Assembly: GCA_019236085.1 (NCBI GenBank)
Contig: JAFAJR010000091.1
Coordinates: 1 to 30,322 of the forward strand
Direction of reading: 5' to 3'
Length of the DNA stretch: 30,322 nucleotides
Source: Candidatus Dormiibacterota bacterium
GTDB taxonomy: Bacteria > Chloroflexota > Dormibacteria > Aeolococcales > Aeolococcaceae
In this document: piece after piece, positions 16,859-24,981 of the stretch
How positions within the stretch are numbered: position 1 is the first letter of the stretch
Layout: each line of letters opens with the position of its first letter
Made by a program: the position numbers and the translations under genes
The notes under the pieces: generated by a model
Databases searched by the model: none
What the model was told of the DNA's origin: nothing
The model's input: the letters and a program-made list of their open reading frames with translations, nothing else

Positions 16859-18394
16859 CTACGCCGCCATCGCGGGATAGACGCCGATCCGGTCCTTGCC
16901 CGCACGCTTCGCCGCATACATCGCGACGTCGGCGCGGCGCAGCAACTCCTCGGCGCCGTCAGTGTCCGGTTCGGACAGCGCCATGCCCATGGTGCCGCGG
17001 GTCGAGCACACGAAGTCGTCGATGTTGAGCGGCTCGCGCAGCGCCGCCAGGACGCGGCTGGCGATGGTTCCCAGCTGCGATTCGTCGGTGATCCTGTCGA
17101 TGAGCATGGCGAACTCGTCGCCGCCGAAGCGCGACGCGAGGTCCAGCGGCCGCAGCGCGCCGCGCATGCGCGATGCCACGGCTCGCAACACACGGTCGCC
17201 GGTGGCATGGCCCAGCAGGTCGTTGACCTGCTTGAAATCGTCGAGGTCCAGGAACAGCACGGCGCACCGGGCGCCCGTTGAACGGTTCTCCTCCAATGTC
17301 CGAGCAACCTGGCGCGTGAAGTACGCGCGGTTGGGAAGCCCGGTGAGTGAGTCGTGGTTGGCCTGGTGGTCCAGCTCGCGCTCACGCACCGTGAGCCGCT
17401 GCATCAGACGCGCGTTGTCGGTGACCACCAGATACTGCCGCACCAGCACCAGTGCTACCAGGGCGAACATGGTCCAGAACGTGAAGCGGTCGATGGCGCC
17501 GTTGCGCACCATCTCGGCGATGGCGACGCCGAGCGCCGCCGCGACCGGCGGATACGGCAGCAGCGCCGAGAAGCGCGACGGGAAGACGTGGGGTGCGTCT
17601 GCTCGCATCGGGCTGTGCACCGACCGCAGCGCTGCCAGCGCGATCAGCACATATCCTGCGACCCACCCAGCGTCCAGCGGACTGCCGGCACCGTAGGTGT
17701 TGTTCGCCGTCTGATACGCGAAGTTGCTATCGGCCACGGCAGCAGCCACGAGACCGGCGGCGAGCAGCAGCAGCGGGGTCGCGCTGCCGCGAGCCACACG
17801 GCCGACACGCAGCAGGATGATCGACACGATCGCCACATCGCTGAGCGGATACAGCAGGCTCAGCACCATGGCCAGCGTGGAATCGGCACCCGCCTGGTAC
17901 ACGGCGCCCAGCACCGTCGTCCAGCTCACCACCAGGAAGCCCGCGACGATGAGCAGTCCGTCGAGGACGCTGCGGATGTGGGTTCTCGTCTGCTCGTAGG
18001 CGACGGGGAAGGCAAGGACCGCGGCGACCGCGAATGGCACCATGCCCAGGTAGCCGGCGTCGGCGAAGGACGGGAACGGCGTCTGCACGTTCTGCACCAG
18101 CTGGTACCAGTTCCACACCGTCTGCCCGAGACCCCAGCACAGCGCCGAGCAGGCCATGAGCGCCCAGGCCAGGCGCAGCCGCCGGTGGTGGCGCCAGGCT
18201 GCGACGGCACACGCCGCGGCGCCGGCGTAGGCTGCCACCGTCTCGGTGATGTTGTCGAAGTAAGTGTACGTGCTGGCGCCGAAGAGGTTGGCCACCATCC
18301 CCGCCACGAAGAACACGATGAAGGCGCCCACCAGCACGGCGGACGCGGTCCACCAGTGGGCGCGCAGCCAGGAGGCCTGCGACCATGCGGTCAT
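16859..18394 (-). CDS. Membrane-bound diguanylate cyclase (GGDEF) with a multi-TM sensor
   Basis: About 9 N-terminal TM helices (FPSFADAGYL motif), HDSLTGLPNR, FLDLDDFKQVND, an RPLD I-site and an intact RFGGDEF. There is no EAL domain. Confidence 0.95.
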   Translation of the reverse strand: MTAWSQASWLRAHWWTASAVLVGAFIVFFVAGMVANLFGASTYTYFDNITETVAAYAGAAACAVAAWRHHRRLRLAWALMACSALCWGLGQTVWNWYQLVQNVQTPFPSFADAGYLGMVPFAVAAVLAFPVAYEQTRTHIRSVLDGLLIVAGFLVVSWTTVLGAVYQAGADSTLAMVLSLLYPLSDVAIVSIILLRVGRVARGSATPLLLLAAGLVAAAVADSNFAYQTANNTYGAGSPLDAGWVAGYVLIALAALRSVHSPMRADAPHVFPSRFSALLPYPPVAAALGVAIAEMVRNGAIDRFTFWTMFALVALVLVRQYLVVTDNARLMQRLTVRERELDHQANHDSLTGLPNRAYFTRQVARTLEENRSTGARCAVLFLDLDDFKQVNDLLGHATGDRVLRAVASRMRGALRPLDLASRFGGDEFAMLIDRITDESQLGTIASRVLAALREPLNIDDFVCSTRGTMGMALSEPDTDGAEELLRRADVAMYAAKRAGKDRIGVYPAMAA

Positions 18395-18501
18395 CGCTGC
18401 CAGTTTTGGGTGGCCGTGTGACCAACCGTCAGCGACTGCAACACGGCTGTGGAACGAGAGCGTGAGCGGCGGCTGGGAGCCGGACCCTATGATCGGCCGC
18501 C

Positions 18502-19344
18502 GTGAGCCAGGAACAGAGCCTCCGCGGCCGGGTAGCCATCGTCACCGGGTCGAGCCGCGGCATCGGCCGCGCCTTCGCGCTGCGCCTGGCCGAAGAGGGC
18601 GCCGCGGTGGTGGTGACAGGCAAGTCCGAGACCTCGACGAAGCGGCTGCCGGGCAGCATCCACACAGTTGCAGCGGAGATCGAGGCGGCCGGTGGCACCG
18701 CGATGGCGATGCGGCTCGACGTGCGTCACGAGGAGGAGATCGCAGCGATGGTCGACGCCACGCTGGAGCGCTTCGGCCATGTGGACATCCTTGTCAACAA
18801 CGCCGGCGCGCTGTGGTGGCAGCCCGTGCTGCAGACGCCGGCCAAGCGCTACGACCTCATGTGGGAGGTGAACGTCCGCGCTGCCTTTCTATGCGCAGCC
18901 CACGTGCTGCCCAGCATGATCGAGCACCGCTGGGGGCACATCATCAACTGCTCGCCGCCGATCGGCACCGACGCCAACCCCGGCTACGTCGCCTACATGA
19001 CGACCAAGATGGGCATGACGCGCGTGGCAATCGGCATCGCTGCCGAGCACGCCGAGGACGGCGTGGCTGCCAACTCGCTGTGGCCTGTGACGCTCATCGA
19101 GAGCCTTGCCACCATCAACTACAACGTTGGCGACCGCAGCATGTGGCGTTCGCCGCGCATCCTCGCCGATTCCCTGATCGAAATCGTGCGCACCGAGCCG
19201 CCCTCGCTCACCGGGCAGCAGCTGCTCGATGAGCCGCTCCTGCGTTCCCTTGGCTACAGCGACTCGCAGATCGACTCGTACTGGGTCGAGGGCAAGCCGG
19301 AGAACCCCGTGTTCATCGACGGCCGCAGCGGCGCCGCCATGTGA
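18502..19344 (+). CDS. SDR family oxidoreductase (HSDL2 / citronellol dehydrogenase-like)
   Basis: TGSSRGIG, NNAG, YMTTK (YxxxK) and NSLWP.T.I. The GTG lies 8 nt after TATGAT. Confidence 0.9.
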   Translation: MSQEQSLRGRVAIVTGSSRGIGRAFALRLAEEGAAVVVTGKSETSTKRLPGSIHTVAAEIEAAGGTAMAMRLDVRHEEEIAAMVDATLERFGHVDILVNNAGALWWQPVLQTPAKRYDLMWEVNVRAAFLCAAHVLPSMIEHRWGHIINCSPPIGTDANPGYVAYMTTKMGMTRVAIGIAAEHAEDGVAANSLWPVTLIESLATINYNVGDRSMWRSPRILADSLIEIVRTEPPSLTGQQLLDEPLLRSLGYSDSQIDSYWVEGKPENPVFIDGRSGAAM

Positions 19345-19380
19345 GACCGGGCTCCGGAGGACAGCGCCTATGATCGGACG

Positions 19381-20487
19381 GTGAGCTCTTCCTCCAGCAG
19401 GGACCGGTACGCGAGGGGAGCGGCGATGGGCGCGCTGGCCGCGGCCGCAGTGGTGGGAGCCCGCGCCTTCTTCAAGCCCAACACGCAGGCCAAGCGCCGT
19501 TTGCTCGACTGGGACTCGGTGCGTCGCACCGCTGTGGAGCGCGGCGGCAGGGTCAGCGCCGCTCGCCGGGCCACGCAGAGCGAGGCATACCAGGCGTTCG
19601 CCGCGGAGCTGGCGCCGCTCTTGGGCGAGGTGTGTCCCGACGTGCCGTTCGACGTGCCCCAGATCACGGCGCTCGACCGGCCCGCTTTCGTCGACGCCAA
19701 CATCCGCATAGCGCAGCGCGTGCTCGTCCCCGTGGAGCGGCTTCGCGAGTTGCTGCCGGAGTCGGCAGCAACAGCGTTGAGCCGGCGGATGATGGATCGC
19801 TACGTGGGCGAGCTCTTCGGCCTCATGTCGCGCCGCGTGCTCGGCCAGTTCGACCCCGTGCTCTCGCTCGACACTGAGACGACAGATACCGCGGCGCTAT
19901 TCATGATCGAGCCCAACCTCGACGACGTGCAGCGGAGCAGTCAGCTCGACGGCGTCGCGCTGCGCCGCTGGATCCTGCTGCATGAGCTCACCCACGCCTG
20001 GCAGTTCTCCCGCCATCCATGGCTCAGCGAGCACATCGGCGAATCCATCCGGCGCATGGTGGTGGAGAGTGTCAGCGCCGACGGCACGTCCCTGCTGCAG
20101 TCGCGCGACGTGCTGCAGCGCCTGCCGGAGATGCTGCGTTCGCAGATCCGCACAGTGATGTCGCTGCAGTCGCTGATGTCGGTGCTCGAGGGCTACAGCA
20201 ACTTCGTGATGCACCGCGTGGGCGAGCGGCACATCGAGGGGGCCGCGGCATTGCAGGCAGCGCTGCGCCGCCGCCGCCGCGAACGCACAGCCATCGAGCG
20301 TCTGGTGCTGACAATCACCGGCCTGGAGATGAAGATGCGCCAGTACGACGTTGGCGAGCGCTTCTGCTCGCAGGTGGCCGACCGTGCCGGGCTGGACGTG
20401 CTGAACCGCGTGTGGGAGTCGGCTGAGATGATGCCGACAGCCGCGGAGCTCAAGCGCCCAGGCGACTGGATCGCTCGCGTCGGTTGA
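19381..20487 (+). CDS. Zinc-dependent metalloprotease, zincin DUF2342-like (F420-biosynthesis-associated family)
   Basis: LHELTHAWQF (HExxH), MSVLEGYSNFVM third ligand, KMRQYDVGERF and LNRVWESAEMMPT..EL..P..WI.RV. Confidence 0.88.
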   Translation: MSSSSSRDRYARGAAMGALAAAAVVGARAFFKPNTQAKRRLLDWDSVRRTAVERGGRVSAARRATQSEAYQAFAAELAPLLGEVCPDVPFDVPQITALDRPAFVDANIRIAQRVLVPVERLRELLPESAATALSRRMMDRYVGELFGLMSRRVLGQFDPVLSLDTETTDTAALFMIEPNLDDVQRSSQLDGVALRRWILLHELTHAWQFSRHPWLSEHIGESIRRMVVESVSADGTSLLQSRDVLQRLPEMLRSQIRTVMSLQSLMSVLEGYSNFVMHRVGERHIEGAAALQAALRRRRRERTAIERLVLTITGLEMKMRQYDVGERFCSQVADRAGLDVLNRVWESAEMMPTAAELKRPGDWIARVG

Positions 20488-21875
20488 CCCGGCGTCCTGA
20501 CGGCGTGGACCGCGTTCGCATCGGCGCCGGTCAGGGTTTCTACGGCGACACACCGGACGGCGCGATCGACGTCGCATTGCACGGCGACGTGTCATACATC
20601 TGCTTCGACGCGCTCGCCGAGCTGACCATGGCGATCCTGCAGAAGGACCGCATGCGCAACCCGGAAGGCGGCTACACGCGTGACCTGCCGCACTTCATGC
20701 GCCGGCTCCTGCCGGCGGCGCGGGAACGCGGCATCAGGCTCATCACCAATGCCGGTGGCATGAACCCGCACGGGGCCGCCGCGGCTGTGCGCGCTGTTGC
20801 TCGCGAGCTGGGGATGCCGGACCTCGCTGTCGCGGCGGTGAGCGGCGATGACCTCAACAGCGACATCGACGACCTGCGTGCCGGGGGCGTCGAGCTGCGC
20901 AACAGCGATACCGGCACGCCATTCGACGACATCCGCTCACGCACGGTGTTCGCCGTCGCCTACCTCGGAGCCCAGCCCATTGTGGATGCGTTGCGCCAGG
21001 GCGCCGACGTCGTGGTCACGGGGCGAGTGGCTGACGCATCGCTCTTCGTCGCCCCGCTGGTGCACGAGCTCGGCTGGTCATTCGACGACTGGGACCGTCT
21101 TGCAGCCGGCGTGGTTCTGGGCCATCTCATGGAGTGCAGCGGGCAGGCGACGGGCGGCAACTTCAGCGGCGACTGGCAGAGCATCCCCGACCTGGACCGC
21201 ATCGGCTATCCGGTGTGCGAAGTGCGCAGCGACGGCACCGCGATGCTCACCAAGCCGCCGGGCAGCGGCGGGCGCGTGAGTGTCGACACCGTCAGGCAAC
21301 AGCTGCTGTACGAGGTGCTCGACCCGCGGCGGTACATGAACCCCGACGTCGTCGCAGATTTCACCACCGTTCAGCTGCGCGATGCCGGCGACGACGTCGT
21401 CGAGGTCAGCGGTGTGCGCGGCATGGCGCGGCCCGAAACCTTGAAGGTGATCTGCGGGTATCTCGACGGCTGGATGGGAACGGCGACGATCGGGTACTCG
21501 TGGCCGGATGCCGCTGCCAAGGCGCGTGCCGCGGCAACGCTCATCGACAAGCTCGCCGCGCGTGCCGGTCTCGAGCCGCTGGAGCAACGCATCGAGATCA
21601 TCGGTGTGGACAGCCTGCATGGCGGCGCGGCCCCGGAGGTAGCGCAACCGAATGAGGTCGTGCTCCGCGTCGCGGCGCGGTTCGCAACAGAGGACGAAGC
21701 AGCGCGGTTTCCCCGCATCACCATGCCGCTGGCTCTCAACGGACCACCGTTCATCGGCGGCGGCGCGTCACCCGGCGGACCGCGCGCGCTGCTGGGCGTG
21801 TGGCCGTCTGCCGTCGAGCGCAGCCTCGTCGAGAGCCGCGTCGTGGTGACGGTGACGCGAGCCGGTGAGCACTAG
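20484..21875 (+). CDS. atuA: Acyclic terpene utilization AtuA family protein (DUF1446)
   Basis: VRIGAGQGFYGD, LAELTMAIL, NAGGMNP, AYLGAQPI, GADVVVTGRVAD, GHLMEC..Q.TGGNF and QLLYEV.DP..Y.NPDV. The TTG start overlaps the upstream TGA. Confidence 0.92.
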   Translation: MTRRPDGVDRVRIGAGQGFYGDTPDGAIDVALHGDVSYICFDALAELTMAILQKDRMRNPEGGYTRDLPHFMRRLLPAARERGIRLITNAGGMNPHGAAAAVRAVARELGMPDLAVAAVSGDDLNSDIDDLRAGGVELRNSDTGTPFDDIRSRTVFAVAYLGAQPIVDALRQGADVVVTGRVADASLFVAPLVHELGWSFDDWDRLAAGVVLGHLMECSGQATGGNFSGDWQSIPDLDRIGYPVCEVRSDGTAMLTKPPGSGGRVSVDTVRQQLLYEVLDPRRYMNPDVVADFTTVQLRDAGDDVVEVSGVRGMARPETLKVICGYLDGWMGTATIGYSWPDAAAKARAAATLIDKLAARAGLEPLEQRIEIIGVDSLHGGAAPEVAQPNEVVLRVAARFATEDEAARFPRITMPLALNGPPFIGGGASPGGPRALLGVWPSAVERSLVESRVVVTVTRAGEH

Positions 21876-22217
21876 ATGCGTGTCCAGCTGGCCGCTGTTG
21901 CACAGGCGCGGAGCGGGGACAAGGCTGACCTTGCCAACGTCGCGCTCTTCGCGCCGAGCGATGCGCTGTACGAGGTGTTCAAACGCGAGGTGACTGCGGA
22001 GAAGGTGCGCCGGCTCTTCGGTGACTTCGTCCGCGGCGCGGTCGACCGGCACGAGGTGCCGAACGTCCGTGCGCTGAACTTCGTGCTGCACCAGGCGCTC
22101 GACGGTGGCGCAGCACGCTCGCTGCGCAGCGATCCCCTGGGCAAGTCGTACGGTTCCCTGCTGCTACGCCTGGAGATCGAAGTGGACCCGGCACTGCTCC
22201 CGCGACGGGAAGCCTGA
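21876..22217 (+). CDS. AtuA-related small protein (C-terminal partner domain)
   Basis: AQARSGDKAD.AN, V.R.EVPNVRALNFVL..ALDGG...SLRSDPLGKSYG. It abuts atuA. Confidence 0.88.
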   Translation: MRVQLAAVAQARSGDKADLANVALFAPSDALYEVFKREVTAEKVRRLFGDFVRGAVDRHEVPNVRALNFVLHQALDGGAARSLRSDPLGKSYGSLLLRLEIEVDPALLPRREA

Positions 22218-22245
22218 AGGCAGCGGCACCCGTCGGCCTGCGGCG

Positions 22246-22872
22246 CTAGAGCCGGCGCAACACCTCGCGGCGGCGGCGCTGGTAGTCGACGTCGTTCAGC
22301 TCGCCGCGAACATGCCTCGTGGAGAGCAACCGGATCTCGCTCAGGATGTCGAGCAGCGGGGCGTCGGAGCTGCTGGCGAACCAGGACGAGGGCTGGCTTT
22401 CGGGCTGCGCCTGGCGGCTGTCCCATGACTTCACGAAGAACAATCCCTTGACCGCGGCATACGGGATGCCGAACACTTCAATCTCGTCAAGCGTTGGGCT
22501 CATGAGGGGGAGAGCCATCCCGTGCCGATGCCGCTGCGGCTCCGCGTCGACGTAGCCGCGGAGCACTTCGCCGCCCCAAAAGTGGATCGCGACCTTGCGC
22601 AGGCCGCGGTCGTCCTCGAGGTCGCACTCCTCGCGGCGCAGCAGCACTGTCTTCACCGATACCCAGGGGATGACGACCTCGCTGTTGTTCGACATGTCGG
22701 AAACGGCGACTGTGAAGTCCGGGCTGTCGAGGTCGAGCTCGCCGGCCACCCCGTCGAGCAGCTCGTCGTCGGCGAAACGCACGACGACTCGCTCACCGAG
22801 GTCCCCGTCCCGTTCCTGGATCGCCTGCACCGCGAGCTCCCTCGTGCGCTCTCTGTATCCCTTCCGCGTCAC
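22246..22872 (-). CDS. DUF6982-like tandem-domain protein with a C-terminal SHOCT-like helix pair
   Basis: Two similar modules: VVVRFADDELLDG...IPWVSVKTV and KVAIHFWGGEVLRG...IPYAAVKGLFFVK. The C-terminus is LLDILSEIRLL...GELNDVDYQRRRREVL. The GTG 22872 start is inferred. Confidence 0.65.
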   Translation of the reverse strand: MTRKGYRERTRELAVQAIQERDGDLGERVVVRFADDELLDGVAGELDLDSPDFTVAVSDMSNNSEVVIPWVSVKTVLLRREECDLEDDRGLRKVAIHFWGGEVLRGYVDAEPQRHRHGMALPLMSPTLDEIEVFGIPYAAVKGLFFVKSWDSRQAQPESQPSSWFASSSDAPLLDILSEIRLLSTRHVRGELNDVDYQRRRREVLRRL

Positions 22873-22930
22873 CGCCTCACCGAGTCCGGCATCCGCGAGG
22901 GGTTGTATAGACAAGGACGCTCGGGGGCGC

Positions 22931-22956
22931 TGAAACCTTGCAGCGCTGCGCACGAA
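22931..22956 (+). promoter_or_regulatory. Candidate ECF-type autoregulatory promoter
   Basis: TGAAAC-N16-CGAA ends 4 nt before the ATG and resembles the SigW-type TGAAAC-N16-CGTA. The spacer holds the palindrome GCAGCGCTGC (22940-22949). Confidence 0.45.
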
Positions 22957-22960
22957 TGCG

Positions 22961-23848
22961 ATGTCTGAGCAGAACCACAAAGCGGTCGCACCAGGACACC
23001 GCGGCTATACTCCGGGCCTGGCGAACGAGGGGCCGCAAACGTCAATCCGTGGGGAACTGGCAACGTCCGATCGACCGGCTGCCGGCGACGGGTCCACCGT
23101 CGACGACGTTTCGCTCGTTCTCGCGTATCTCGACGGTGACGCCGCGGCATTCGACACGCTCTTCGGCCGCTACAATCAGCGGGTCCGCTCCGTCTGCCTG
23201 AGGTATCTCGGCGACGAGGCGGCGGCCGAGGACCTGGTGCAGGAGACCTTCTTCAACGTCATCCGTTCGCTGCACAAGGTAGGCGAGGGCTTCAACTTCG
23301 GCGCCTGGGTGCACCGCATCGCTGTGAACATCTGCCAGGACGAGCTGCGTCGCCGGAACCGCCGCGCCAGCCACGTCGCCGACCCCTCGGGCGACCCCGA
23401 GGAGCAGATGCTGAAGCTGGCCGACTCCGACCGGCACCGCAGCCCCGAGGACGCGCTGGAGATGTCATATCTGCGCCAGCTGGTGTGGCAGGTGGCGAAG
23501 AAGCTGCCGGAACGCCAGCGCATGGTGCTCACGCTCCGAGAGCTGCAGGGCCTGTCGTACTCATCCATCGCCCACGTGATGGGTATCAGCGATGCAGCAG
23601 TTGAGACGCTGCTGCACCGGGCACGCAAGCGCTTCAAGGAGGAGTACCTCCTGCTGGACACGCCGCCGGAGCATCCTGGGGATTGCGCCATCACAGCCAG
23701 GCTGCTCATGGAGAACGGACGCGACAACCTCGATGCGGTGCAACGCCGCCGGGTGGTGGACCATCTCTCGGCCTGCGCCTGGTGCCAGGCCCGCTTCCTG
23801 CCCGATGAGGCCGAGGCGGCGCCCGCGATGAGCCGCGGAGCGCGCTGA
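22961..23848 (+). CDS. ECF sigma factor with a fused C-terminal zf-HC2/ZAS zinc-binding domain
   Basis: Region 2 AAEDLVQETF...FGAWVHRIAVN and region 4 LPERQRMVLTLRELQGLSYSSIA...VETLLHRARKR. The C-terminal C-X25-HLSACAWC matches the ZAS motif. Confidence 0.92.
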   Translation: MSEQNHKAVAPGHRGYTPGLANEGPQTSIRGELATSDRPAAGDGSTVDDVSLVLAYLDGDAAAFDTLFGRYNQRVRSVCLRYLGDEAAAEDLVQETFFNVIRSLHKVGEGFNFGAWVHRIAVNICQDELRRRNRRASHVADPSGDPEEQMLKLADSDRHRSPEDALEMSYLRQLVWQVAKKLPERQRMVLTLRELQGLSYSSIAHVMGISDAAVETLLHRARKRFKEEYLLLDTPPEHPGDCAITARLLMENGRDNLDAVQRRRVVDHLSACAWCQARFLPDEAEAAPAMSRGAR

Positions 23849-24981
23849 TCGATCGACCGCGCCAGGTCCTCTGCGCCCCCAACGCCTTCAAGGGGTCGCT
23901 GAGCGCAGAGGAGGTCGCCATCGCCATGGCGCTGGGGGTCGAGGATGCCGGGTTCAGCGCCCAAGCCCTACCACTGGCCGACGGCGGCGACGGCACGCTC
24001 GACGTGCTCATCGCAGCGGCCGGCGATGCCTCCAGCATCAGCCACCACACGGTACATGGGCCGCTGGGTGAGCCCGCCAGCGGCAGGGTCGGATGGCTCG
24101 GCGACGGCCGCGCGGTGGTGGAGATGGCAGACGCCGCCGGCTTGCGCCTGTTGCGCAGCGACCAGCTCGAGCCGCTGCTGGCGTCGTCCCGGGGCTGCGG
24201 CGAGTTGATCGTCGCGGCCTTGGACGGTGGTGCGACGGAGGTGATCGTCGGCGTCGGAGGCAGCGCGTCATCGGACGGCGGCGCCGGCATCCTGCAGGCG
24301 CTGGGTTCGGCGCTGCTGGACTCCGCGGGACGCGAGGTCGGGCCGGGAGCCGCCGGGCTCCTTGAGCTGGAACGCATTGATTGCCAGTCGCTGCGCCGTC
24401 TCGACGGCAGAGTGTTGGTAGCGGTCGACGTCCGCAACCCGCTGCTCGGGCCGTTTGGCGCGGCGGCGGTGTTCGGCCCTCAGAAGGGAGCCGGTGCGGC
24501 ACAGGTGGACGTCATCGAACAGGCCCTCGGCCGGCTGGCGGCCATGGCCGAGCGCGACTGCGACGCGGCTGGGCTTGCGGATGCTGACGGTGCCGGCGCG
24601 GCGGGTGGCGCCGGGTTCGGGCTGCTCGTGGCCGGGGCAGAGCTGCTGCCCGGGGCGTCGCTGGTCTGCGACGTTGCCGGCTTGACCCCGGCCTTCATCG
24701 CGGAATTCGAGCTGGTGCTCACCGGCGAGGGCCGGCTCGATTCGCAGACCTCCTTCGGCAAGGCGCCCGCCGAAGTTGCCGCCCGAGCCGTGGCGGCCGG
24801 CGTGACCGTGGCGGCCGTCGCCGGAACCGTCCTCGACCCGCTGCCGGCGATGTTCACTACAGCCGTGGGCCTGGACAGCGTCGCTGAACCGGGTGCAGAT
24901 CTCATGCGGGACGCCGCGGCGCTGGTGCGCCTCGCCGCCGCCGAGGCCGTCAGGCGGGTGCTGGGCTCAGGCGCTCAGTAG
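23845..24981 (+). CDS. glxK: Glycerate kinase (GlxK/GarK family)
   Basis: VLCAPNAFKGSL, PLADGGDGTL, GGSASSDGGAG, FGPQKGA, GAGAAGGAG and TGEGRLD.QT.FGK. The start is inferred at CTG 23845 (see findings). The first ATG is at 23926. Confidence 0.93.
   Translation: MIDRPRQVLCAPNAFKGSLSAEEVAIAMALGVEDAGFSAQALPLADGGDGTLDVLIAAAGDASSISHHTVHGPLGEPASGRVGWLGDGRAVVEMADAAGLRLLRSDQLEPLLASSRGCGELIVAALDGGATEVIVGVGGSASSDGGAGILQALGSALLDSAGREVGPGAAGLLELERIDCQSLRRLDGRVLVAVDVRNPLLGPFGAAAVFGPQKGAGAAQVDVIEQALGRLAAMAERDCDAAGLADADGAGAAGGAGFGLLVAGAELLPGASLVCDVAGLTPAFIAEFELVLTGEGRLDSQTSFGKAPAEVAARAVAAGVTVAAVAGTVLDPLPAMFTTAVGLDSVAEPGADLMRDAAALVRLAAAEAVRRVLGSGAQ

Noticed and set aside
18397-18423. GGTCACA upstream of the diguanylate cyclase as an ECF41 promoter
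   Set aside because: The -35 has a mismatch and there is no CGTC at 16-nt spacing.
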